The notes beneath the pieces are model-generated. The model made no database searches. It saw only the letters and a program-made list of their open reading frames with translations, and was not told the DNA's origin. 64,000 bases of DNA from Novosphingobium sp. (GTDB taxonomy: Bacteria > Pseudomonadota > Alphaproteobacteria > Sphingomonadales > Sphingomonadaceae). Positions within the stretch are counted from its first letter, which is position 1; every line of letters begins with the position of its first letter. Below, one piece after another: positions 1 to 7,543 of the stretch. Location: positions 19,041-83,040 of the forward strand of contig NZ_JAYRKX010000014.1 in the NCBI RefSeq assembly GCF_041905565.1, read 5' to 3'. A program made the translations under genes and the position numbers.

Positions 1-4
1 AAAA

Positions 5-81
5 TGGTCGGGACGAGAGGATTCGAACCTCCGACCCCCACACCCCCAGTGTGATGCGCTACCAGGCTGCGCTACGTCCCG
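5..81 (-). tRNA. tRNA-Pro (anticodon GGG)
   Basis: The reverse complement folds as a cloverleaf. Acceptor CGGGACG/CGTCCCG, T-loop GGAGGTTCGAATCCTCT, anticodon stem TCACA/TGTGG with loop CTGGGGG, and an encoded 3' ACCA. Confidence 0.92.
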
Positions 82-125
82 ACCGGTTCTGCCTTGACGC
101 CGAGGCGCTAAGGCGGGGAAGCGCG

Positions 126-154
126 CCTATAGGCAGGGTGCGGCCCCTTTGCAA
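126..154 (-). promoter_or_regulatory. Putative sigma70-type promoter of tRNA-Pro(GGG)
   Basis: Minus strand reads TTGCAA (154..149), 17 nt, TATAGG (131..126), then a GC-rich discriminator GCGCG. It lies about 44 nt upstream of the mature tRNA 5' end. The same layout occurs upstream of tRNA-Asn and tRNA-Pro(CGG). Confidence 0.5.
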
Positions 155-326
155 GCGTGCAGAACTTTTCTTCGGTGCGGGCTTGAAGCGGCCTGCATGT
201 GCCCCACTTAGCCCCAGCGCCGATGGGGGGCTTGCGTTGCGAAAGCCTGCCCAAGCTGCTAGGCGCGCGCAATTCTGCCCGGTACTGTCCGGTGCACAGC
301 CATTCTAGAGAAGGTTTCGACTGGCC

Positions 327-662
327 ATGAACAGCTCCGTGCTCCTTACCCTCGCCGCCGCTGGTTCGGCCGAAGCGCCCCCGGCGTGGATGCAGTTCCT
401 GCCGCTGGTGGCGATGGTTTTTGTCTTCTGGTTCCTGATCCTGCGTCCGCAGATGAAGCGGCAGAAGGAACTGCAGAACAAGATCGGCGGCATCAAGAAG
501 GGCGACCAGGTGCTGACCGGCGGCGGTTTCCTGGCCAAGGTGATCAAGGTCGACGAACACTACGCCGAACTGGAACTGGGTCAGGGCGTCAAGGTCAAGG
601 CGCTGAAGTCCACCATCGCCGATGTCATTCCGCCCAGCGGCGGCGCCCCGGCGAACGATTGA
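327..662 (+). CDS. yajC: Preprotein translocase subunit YajC
   Basis: 111-aa ORF with a single TM helix followed by the YajC-type 'FWFLILRPQMKRQKE' segment. It sits directly upstream of secD-secF. Confidence 0.9.
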   Translation: MNSSVLLTLAAAGSAEAPPAWMQFLPLVAMVFVFWFLILRPQMKRQKELQNKIGGIKKGDQVLTGGGFLAKVIKVDEHYAELELGQGVKVKALKSTIADVIPPSGGAPAND

Positions 663-697
663 TCCAATCCCCTTTGCTGCACGGCGGATAGACCCCT

Positions 698-2299
698 ATG
701 CTCGATTTTCCTCGCTGGAAGCAGGCCTGGTTGTGGTTCATCACCGCCGCCTGCGCGCTGGCCGCGCTGCCCTCGATCTTCTCGGTTGCGGGGCTGGACT
801 GGCCCAAGGCGCTGCCCGATCCCCGGATCAACCTGGGTCTCGACCTTGCCGGGGGCAGCCACATCCTGCTTGAAGCGAACGCCGACCAGGTGCGGCGCCA
901 GCGACTGGAAACGATGGAGGAGGACGTCCGCGCCCGCCTGCGCCAAGCCCAGCCGCAGATCCGCATCGGTGACATTTCAACCAAGGACGGCGCGGTTTCG
1001 TTCATGGTGGCCGATCCGGCCCAGGTCGATGCCGCGCGCGAACAGCTCCAGACGCTGACCAGCGGCGCGCAGCTGACCGGCCAGCGCGACTGGGATCTGC
1101 AGGTGCTGGACGGCAACCGCATCGTCATGACCCCGACCGAGGCCGGGGTTCGCCAGGCGATCAACCAGGCGATGGAAACCGCGACCGAAGTGGTGCGCAA
1201 GCGTATCGACGCGCTGGGCACCCGCGAGCCGACCATCATCCGCCAGGGCAGCGACCGCATCGTGGTGCAGGTGCCCGGCCTGAAGGACCCGACCGCGCTC
1301 AAAAACCTGCTGGGGCAGACCGCCAAGCTGGAATTCAAGATGGTCGACCAGACCGCGCTGCCCAGCGACCTGGCCCAGGGCATTGTCCCCCCGGGTGACG
1401 AACTGGTGCCCTATGCCGATGCCCAGCGCGGCTCCGCGCCGCTCGCGGTCAAGCGCCTCGGCGGAATCAAGGGCGACCAGTTGACCAATGCTCAGGCCAG
1501 CAACGATACCCAGACCAATGCCGCCGTGGTCAACATCACGTTCGACCAGCAGGGCGGGGCCAAGTTCGCCCGGCTGACCACCGAAAATGTCGGGAAGCCG
1601 TTTGCCATCATCCTGGATGGCAAGGTGCTGTCCGCCCCGGTGATCGAGGAGCCGATCCTGGGCGGCACGGCGCGGATTTCGGGCAGCTTCACGATGGAAA
1701 GCGCGAACCAACTGGCCATTGCGCTGCGGTCGGGTGCGCTGCCGGTCGATCTGAAAGTGGTCGAGGAACGCACTGTCGGGCCGGACCTTGGCGCGGATTC
1801 GATCAAGAAGGGGATGATCGCCTTTGGCATCGGCACCCTCGCGCTGATGCTGTTCATGCTGGCCACCTATGGCCGCTTTGGCGTCTACACGAACCTTGCG
1901 CTGGTGCTGAACACACTGATGATCCTGGGGATCATGGCCGGGATCAACACCACGTTGACCCTGCCGGGGATCGCCGGCTTCGTGCTGACGATCGGCGCGG
2001 CGGTGGACGCCAACGTGCTGATCAACGAACGCATCCGCGAAGAACGCGCGCGTGGCCGCAAGGTCGTGCAGGCGGTGGAAATGGGCTACAAGGAAGCCAG
2101 CCGCGCGATCTTCGATGCCAATATCACCAATGTCATCGCCGCCGCGCTGATGTTCTTCTTCGGCTCCGGCCCGGTGAAGGGCTTTGCCGTGGTGCTGGTG
2201 ATCGGCATCGCCACTTCGGTGTTCACCGCCGTCACGCTGACCCGCATGTGGGTGGCCCTGTGGCTGCGCCGCGCGCGCCCGGCCGACCTCGTGCTGTAA
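698..2299 (+). CDS. secD: Protein translocase subunit SecD
   Basis: 533-aa ORF with an N-terminal TM helix, a large periplasmic domain and a C-terminal multi-TM SecD/SecF export domain. It sits in the yajC-secD-secF order. Confidence 0.95.
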   Translation: MLDFPRWKQAWLWFITAACALAALPSIFSVAGLDWPKALPDPRINLGLDLAGGSHILLEANADQVRRQRLETMEEDVRARLRQAQPQIRIGDISTKDGAVSFMVADPAQVDAAREQLQTLTSGAQLTGQRDWDLQVLDGNRIVMTPTEAGVRQAINQAMETATEVVRKRIDALGTREPTIIRQGSDRIVVQVPGLKDPTALKNLLGQTAKLEFKMVDQTALPSDLAQGIVPPGDELVPYADAQRGSAPLAVKRLGGIKGDQLTNAQASNDTQTNAAVVNITFDQQGGAKFARLTTENVGKPFAIILDGKVLSAPVIEEPILGGTARISGSFTMESANQLAIALRSGALPVDLKVVEERTVGPDLGADSIKKGMIAFGIGTLALMLFMLATYGRFGVYTNLALVLNTLMILGIMAGINTTLTLPGIAGFVLTIGAAVDANVLINERIREERARGRKVVQAVEMGYKEASRAIFDANITNVIAAALMFFFGSGPVKGFAVVLVIGIATSVFTAVTLTRMWVALWLRRARPADLVL

Positions 2300-2312
2300 G
2301 GGAATTGGCGAA

Positions 2313-3290
2313 ATGAAACTGCTCAAGCTTATCCCCGACAACACCGACATCAAGTTCCTGCGCTGGCGGGTGCCGTTCTATGTCGTCAGCCTGCTGCTGA
2401 TCGCCGCGTCGATGACGCTGGTATTCACGCGCGGGCTGAACCTGGGGGTCGATTTCGTCGGCGGTCAGATGATCCGCGTCACTTTCGTCCAGACGGCAGA
2501 AGCGCCGGTCGCCGAACTGCGCGAAACGGTCGGCAAGCTGGGCTATGGCGAACCGATCATCCAACAGTTCGGCAAGCCGAACGAAATCTCGATCCGCATG
2601 AAGCTGCCGGAAGGTTCGGACCACGATGCCGGTCTGGCCGACCAGATGGCGCGCAAGATCACCGCTGCGGTCAAGGCCGACCATCCCGACGCGCGGATCG
2701 ACGGGGTCGATTCGGTATCGGGCAAGGTTTCGGGCGAACTGTTCAAGACCGGGATGATGGCCCTGGGCCTCGCCATGGTGGCGATCTCGATCTACATCTG
2801 GGTGCGGTTCGAATGGCAGTTCGGAATCGGGGCGCTGTTCGCGCTGGTCCACGACGTTACGCTGACGCTGGGGATGTTCGCCATCACCCAGATGGAATTC
2901 GACCTGAACATCGTTGCCGCGCTGCTGACACTGATCGGCTATTCGCTCAACGATACGATCGTGGTCTATGACCGCATCCGTGAAAATCTGAAGAAGTATC
3001 GCCGCATGCCGGTGCCCGAGCTGCTGGACCTGTCGGTCAACGAAACGCTCAGCCGTACCATCGTCACCTCGCTGTCGGTGCTGATCACGCTGGTCGCGCT
3101 GCTGCTGCTGGGGCCGGACGTGATCTTCGGCTTTACCGCCGCGATCACGCTGGGGATCTTCGTCGGCACTTACAGTTCGGTCTACATGGCTGCGCCGATC
3201 CTGATCTGGCTGAAGGTTACCCCGGCCAGCTTCGTGCCGACCGAAAGCGCGGTTGACCGCCAGGAACGGCTTGCTCGCGAAGGCAGCTGA
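2313..3290 (+). CDS. secF: Protein translocase subunit SecF
   Basis: 325-aa ORF starting 13 nt after secD. It has the SecF N-terminal 'GLNLGVDFVGG' motif and a six-TM C-terminal region. Confidence 0.95.
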   Translation: MKLLKLIPDNTDIKFLRWRVPFYVVSLLLIAASMTLVFTRGLNLGVDFVGGQMIRVTFVQTAEAPVAELRETVGKLGYGEPIIQQFGKPNEISIRMKLPEGSDHDAGLADQMARKITAAVKADHPDARIDGVDSVSGKVSGELFKTGMMALGLAMVAISIYIWVRFEWQFGIGALFALVHDVTLTLGMFAITQMEFDLNIVAALLTLIGYSLNDTIVVYDRIRENLKKYRRMPVPELLDLSVNETLSRTIVTSLSVLITLVALLLLGPDVIFGFTAAITLGIFVGTYSSVYMAAPILIWLKVTPASFVPTESAVDRQERLAREGS

Positions 3291-3306
3291 ACCGGGCCGG
3301 GCGCGC

Positions 3307-4488
3307 TCAGCGTCCCGCCAGCCTTTGCCAATAGTCGACCAGCGCTGCCGCGTTGGCTTCCCAGCTGAACGGTTCCGCGCCGCGCAGCACATCGGCACGC
3401 GCGGGCGGATTCGCCAGCACTTCCCGGATCGCCTTGGCAAAAGCCGGGCCGCTGCGCTCGGCCGTGCGGCCCCAGGCGGGGTCGGTCAAAAGTTCGAGCG
3501 CGCCGGGGATCGGCGTGGTCACCACCGGGGTGCCGCAGGCCAGCGCCTCGACCCAGGCATTGGCCAGCCCCTCGCTCGCGGTCGGCAGCACGAAGACATC
3601 GGCGGCGCTGAGCTCGCGGGGCAGCTCGCCATGCGGCACCGCACCCAGGAAGTGGACCCGGTCTGTCAGCCCCAGTGCCGCCGCGCGGGCGCGCAGCATC
3701 GCCTCGTCCGGGCCGCTCCCGGCCAGCAGCAGTTCGGCTTGCGGCAGCTCTGCCAGCGCCTCGATCGCAAAGACCTGGCCTTTGCGCGGGATCAGCGCGC
3801 CGACGCAGGCGAGCAAGGGCCGGTCCTGATGCAGGCCCAGCGCGGCGCGCGCCTCGGCCTGGTCGTGTGGGCGGAATACTGAACGGTCGAGGCCGGTGCG
3901 GTGGATGGTGATCTTGCCGCGCGGGATGCCCAGCGCGGCCATGTCATCGGCGATCCCGCCCGCCACGGCGAGCAGGCCCTGCGCTTTCAGTCCGGCGTCC
4001 AGCACCTGTGCGGCTGTGCCCGGTGCCTTGCCCCAGTGGTGAATATCCGCGCCGCGCGCCTTGATCGACACCGGCAGCCCCAGTGCCGCGCCGATCCGCA
4101 CCGCCGCCACGCCATCGGGATGGAAGAACTGCGCGTCGACCAGATCGAACGGCGCTTCGGCGTGCAGGCGGTGCGCCAGCGGCAGCACCGCACGGGTAAC
4201 GGCAGCGGCGTTGAACCGGCCCCCGATCCCCGGCAGCAGGCGAAAGCGCGGGCGCAGCACGCTCACCCCGCCGCGCTCCTCGCGCGCGGCCACGGCGCGC
4301 AAAGGCGCGTAGCGTGGGTGAAGCGAGAGCGGGAAGGGCGGTAGTCCGATCGGGTTGACCAGGACCAGCTCCACATCGCCGCGCCGCATCACCGCCTGCA
4401 TCTGGCGTTCAACGAACACGCCGAAATTGGGCGTGTGATCGTTGGGGTACAGCGTGCTGAGCGACAGCACGCGCAAGCGCCGCGTCAC
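3307..4488 (-). CDS. Glycosyltransferase family 4 (GT-B fold)
   Basis: The 570-aa track ORF is over-extended through the upstream gene. A GTG at 4488 ('VTRRLRVLSLSTLYPN') overlaps the upstream stop (GTGA). The C-terminal half has the GT4 E-x7-E motif 'ASEGLANAWVEALACG'. Confidence 0.8.
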   Translation of the reverse strand: MTRRLRVLSLSTLYPNDHTPNFGVFVERQMQAVMRRGDVELVLVNPIGLPPFPLSLHPRYAPLRAVAAREERGGVSVLRPRFRLLPGIGGRFNAAAVTRAVLPLAHRLHAEAPFDLVDAQFFHPDGVAAVRIGAALGLPVSIKARGADIHHWGKAPGTAAQVLDAGLKAQGLLAVAGGIADDMAALGIPRGKITIHRTGLDRSVFRPHDQAEARAALGLHQDRPLLACVGALIPRKGQVFAIEALAELPQAELLLAGSGPDEAMLRARAAALGLTDRVHFLGAVPHGELPRELSAADVFVLPTASEGLANAWVEALACGTPVVTTPIPGALELLTDPAWGRTAERSGPAFAKAIREVLANPPARADVLRGAEPFSWEANAAALVDYWQRLAGR

Positions 4489-5057
4489 AGCTTGCGCACC
4501 AGCATTTCCGCACCCGCCAGCCAGGCCGGGTTGTCGATCACCACCTGGCGCGTGCCCTGGCCCGGGGGCAGCAGGGCAACGCGGGTCTCGTCGCGGTCGA
4601 TCATCCGGCCAAAGGCGAAGCGCCCGCCCGGGCGCGGGGCAAGGACATCGCGGTTGAGCAGCCGGGCATAGTGTTCCGGGCCGACCTGGCGGCACCACAC
4701 CTGGTCCCCGGCGCGGTATTCGCCCGCGCTGGCTTCCACCGCCAGCGCCACCAATGCGCCATCGCCGCCCAGCGCCGTGGGCAGGATCGCATCGCGCGGC
4801 TCGGCCAGGGCTTCGCAGCCGGCCTCGGTCATCCGCGCGACGTAGCGCGGCTGCTCCTCGACCTCGCCCTTGACCAGCAGTTCCGGTTCGACGTCGAGCG
4901 CGTGGGCGATGCGGTTCATCCAGGTCAGCGACAGCTGGCGCATCCCCGTTTCCAGCCGGCCGATGGTCTGCGCCGTGGTTGGCGGATCGCAGCGTTCGGC
5001 CACGTCGGCCAGAGTCCAACCCTTCTGGCGGCGGATGTCACGGATGCGGTTGATCAT
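4485..5057 (-). CDS. XRE-family HTH regulator with C-terminal S24/LexA-like domain (CI-like repressor architecture)
   Basis: 190 aa. The N-terminus 'IRRQKGWTLADVAERC...TIGRLETG...MNRIAHALDV' is a typical XRE HTH. The C-terminus 'VEASAGEYRAGDQVWC...RVALLPPG' resembles the S24 beta domain. Its stop overlaps the GT4 start. Confidence 0.8.
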   Translation of the reverse strand: MINRIRDIRRQKGWTLADVAERCDPPTTAQTIGRLETGMRQLSLTWMNRIAHALDVEPELLVKGEVEEQPRYVARMTEAGCEALAEPRDAILPTALGGDGALVALAVEASAGEYRAGDQVWCRQVGPEHYARLLNRDVLAPRPGGRFAFGRMIDRDETRVALLPPGQGTRQVVIDNPAWLAGAEMLVRKL

Positions 5058-5071
5058 GGCTCAGCTCTAAT

Positions 5072-5084
5072 AACCAATATGGTT
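5072..5084. promoter_or_regulatory. Candidate operator palindrome AACCA-ATA-TGGTT in the divergent promoter region
   Basis: Perfect 5-3-5 inverted repeat in the only AT-rich patch of the 100-bp spacer between the XRE-S24 gene and the divergent 5158 gene. It lies 15 nt from the XRE start codon and just upstream of a TACAAT -10-like hexamer (5097..5102). Confidence 0.35.
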
Positions 5085-5157
5085 TTTCCGCTTTCCTACA
5101 ATGCGGCGTATTTGGCAAGCCGTCATGGCGAATCGACTGGCGAAAAAGGGGAATGCG

Positions 5158-5631
5158 ATGAAGCCGATCCTGCGGGACGTGGAACTGGCCAGCACCGGGC
5201 CGACCCGGCGCGCGCCCCGGCGCGGGCGGCGCAGCGTGACGGTGAACCTGGCGGAAAGCCCGCTCGGCTGGCTGCACGCGCGCGGGCACCTGTCCGATCG
5301 GCAACTGGCGGCGGGGGAATGCCTGCGCCGCGACTGGGAACTGGCCCAGCTGGCCCCCGGCGTGACCATGCGCTGGGACGAAGTGCGCAGTTCTGGCGGG
5401 GGAGAGCGGCGGCTCAACCCGACCGAACGGCAGTTGGCCGCACGCCAGCGCTTTGACGGGGCGGTCGCGGCAGCAGGCCCCGGACTGGCGGATGTGCTAT
5501 GGCGGGTGGTCTGCGCGGGCGAGGGACTGCCGGATGCCGAACGCGCGCTGCAATGGCCGGCGCGCAGCGGCAAGCTGGTCCTGCGGCTGGCGCTGGACCG
5601 GGTCGCGGCGTTCTATCGCATTCCCGGCTGA
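5158..5631 (+). CDS. DUF6456-like small Arg-rich helical protein (unknown function, probably DNA-binding)
   Basis: ATG at 5158 preceded by AAGGGG, 7 nt upstream. 157 aa with strong GC3 bias and helical HTH-like segments 'LSDRQLAAGECLRRDWELAQL' and 'ARSGKLVLRLALDRVAAFY'. The family assignment is from memory only. Confidence 0.65.
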   Translation: MKPILRDVELASTGPTRRAPRRGRRSVTVNLAESPLGWLHARGHLSDRQLAAGECLRRDWELAQLAPGVTMRWDEVRSSGGGERRLNPTERQLAARQRFDGAVAAAGPGLADVLWRVVCAGEGLPDAERALQWPARSGKLVLRLALDRVAAFYRIPG

Positions 5632-5725
5632 CCTTTCATCGGTCCAGCGGAGCCATTCGTCGATTAGCCCGCCCGCTGCCTGCCAGCCGCGCCACTAGGG
5701 CAGCAAGCAGACAATGGAGGCAGGC

Positions 5726-7543
5726 ATGATCGATCGGCGGCAATTCATGGCATCGGGCAGCGCGGCGGCCCTGGCGCTGGCGGCAGAGCCGGTGCTGGCC
5801 AAGGGCAAGTCGATGGGCGGCGATGCGCGGCTCAATGCCGTGCTCGACGCGGTGTTCCAGGACGGCATCGCCCGCTCGCCCGAAGCCGCGACCTCGCTCG
5901 GGCTGGACAAAGGCAAGCTGGCGCACCTGCGCGGGCAGCTGTCGCCCGCCACCGCTGCCGAACGCCAGGCCGATCTGGCGCGCGACCGGCGCTGGCGCGC
6001 CCGGGTCGAAGCGGTCAATCCCGCCGGGCTGACCGCTGCCGGCAAGCGCAACCGCGCGCTGGCGCTGTACATGATGGACCAGCGGATCACCGCCCCGGCG
6101 CGGTTCGAGCTTGATTCCGTGCAGCGCCCCTATCGGATTTTCCAGCAGGGCGGGGCCTATTTCCGGGTGCCGGATTTCCTCAATTCGCAGCACCCCGTCA
6201 CCACGGTGGACGATGCCGAGGCCTACCTGTCGCGCCTGTCCGCCTTTGCCGGGCGGCTGGACGAGGACACCGCCGAACAGCGGGCCCAGTCGGAGCGCGG
6301 GTTTACCGCGCCGGGCTGGTCGCTCGACCTGACGCTGGGGCAGATGGCCAAGCTGCGCGGCCCGGCTGCGGCGGACAGCGGGCTGGTCAAATCGCTGGCC
6401 GACCGGGCGCGGGCCAAGGGCCTGCCGGGTGACTGGGCGGCGCGCGCGGCGAAGATCGTCGAAAGCGCGGTTTATCCCGCGCTCGACCGCCAGATCGCGC
6501 TGCTGACCGAGCTGCGCCGCACCACCCCGGCAGGCGATGGCGCCTGGCGCCTGCCGCGCGGCGAGGAAATCTACGCCGCTGCGCTGCAGCAGGCGACGAC
6601 CACCAGCATGACCCCCGAACAGGTCCACCAGGCCGGGCTGGACCAGGTGGCCGATATCAGCGCCCAGCTGGACGAGATCCTGAAGGGCGCGGGGCTGACC
6701 CAGGGCGGGGTGGGTGAACGGCTGACCGCGCTGAACCAGCGACCCGAACAGCTCTATGCCAACACCGCTGCCGGGCGGAAGGAGCTGATCGACAGCCTCA
6801 ACGCCGGGATGGCCGCGATGTGGGAACGGCTGCCCAAGGCGTTCGCCGATATTCCGCGCCAGCCGCTGGAAATTCGCGCGGTGCCGGCGGAAATCCAGGA
6901 CGGGGCCAGCAACGGCTATTACAACCGCGCCTCGCTGGATGGCAGCCGCCCGGCGATATACTGGATCAACCTCAAGGACGTGGGCGACTGGCCGAAGTAT
7001 TCGCTGCCGGCGCTTACCTATCACGAAGGGGTGCCGGGGCATCACCTGCAGGGTTCCTATTCCCAGCTGTCGGGCGATCTGCCGATGCTGCTGCGCAACA
7101 TGTTCCTGTCTGCCTATGGCGAGGGCTGGGCGCTTTATGCCGAACAGGTGGCCGAGGAACTGGGCGCCTATCAGGGGATCGAGCGCGCGGGCTATCTGCA
7201 AAGCTTCCTGTTCCGCGCATCGCGGCTGGTGATCGACACCGGGCTGCACCACAAGCGCTGGAGCCGCGAGCAGGCGACCGACTACATGGTCCAGGTCACC
7301 GGCTTTGCCCGCCCGCGCTGCCAGCGCGAGGTGGAACGGTATTGCACCCAGATCGGCCAGGCCTGTTCCTACAAGATCGGGCACATGACCTGGGCCAGCC
7401 AGCGCAAGAAGGCCGAAGCCGCGCTTGGCAGCAAGTTCAGCCTGCCGTGGTTCCACGAGGTGCTGAAGGACGGCGTGATGCCGCTGTCGATGCTGGAAGC
7501 GCGGATCGACGAGCGGATCAGGGAGCGGCTGGCGCAGGGGTAA
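5726..7543 (+). CDS. DUF885 family protein with Tat signal peptide
   Basis: ATG at 5726 preceded by GGAGG. Twin-arginine leader 'MIDRRQFMASGSAAALALAA'. DUF885-typical 'YHEGVPGHHLQ' motif near the C-terminus. Confidence 0.8.
   Translation: MIDRRQFMASGSAAALALAAEPVLAKGKSMGGDARLNAVLDAVFQDGIARSPEAATSLGLDKGKLAHLRGQLSPATAAERQADLARDRRWRARVEAVNPAGLTAAGKRNRALALYMMDQRITAPARFELDSVQRPYRIFQQGGAYFRVPDFLNSQHPVTTVDDAEAYLSRLSAFAGRLDEDTAEQRAQSERGFTAPGWSLDLTLGQMAKLRGPAAADSGLVKSLADRARAKGLPGDWAARAAKIVESAVYPALDRQIALLTELRRTTPAGDGAWRLPRGEEIYAAALQQATTTSMTPEQVHQAGLDQVADISAQLDEILKGAGLTQGGVGERLTALNQRPEQLYANTAAGRKELIDSLNAGMAAMWERLPKAFADIPRQPLEIRAVPAEIQDGASNGYYNRASLDGSRPAIYWINLKDVGDWPKYSLPALTYHEGVPGHHLQGSYSQLSGDLPMLLRNMFLSAYGEGWALYAEQVAEELGAYQGIERAGYLQSFLFRASRLVIDTGLHHKRWSREQATDYMVQVTGFARPRCQREVERYCTQIGQACSYKIGHMTWASQRKKAEAALGSKFSLPWFHEVLKDGVMPLSMLEARIDERIRERLAQG

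Noticed and set aside
977-2353. 458-aa ORF antisense to secD
   Set aside because: It lies entirely inside the well-supported secD gene on the opposite strand. The composition is Arg/Gly/His/Asp-rich and low-complexity, typical of shadow ORFs in GC-rich DNA, with no recognisable motif.
4489-5019. N-terminal 177 codons of the 570-aa glycosyltransferase ORF
   Set aside because: This region overlaps the XRE-S24 gene in another frame and is Arg/Gly/Pro-rich junk. The GT4 homology-like sequence begins at the GTG at 4488, which overlaps the upstream stop.
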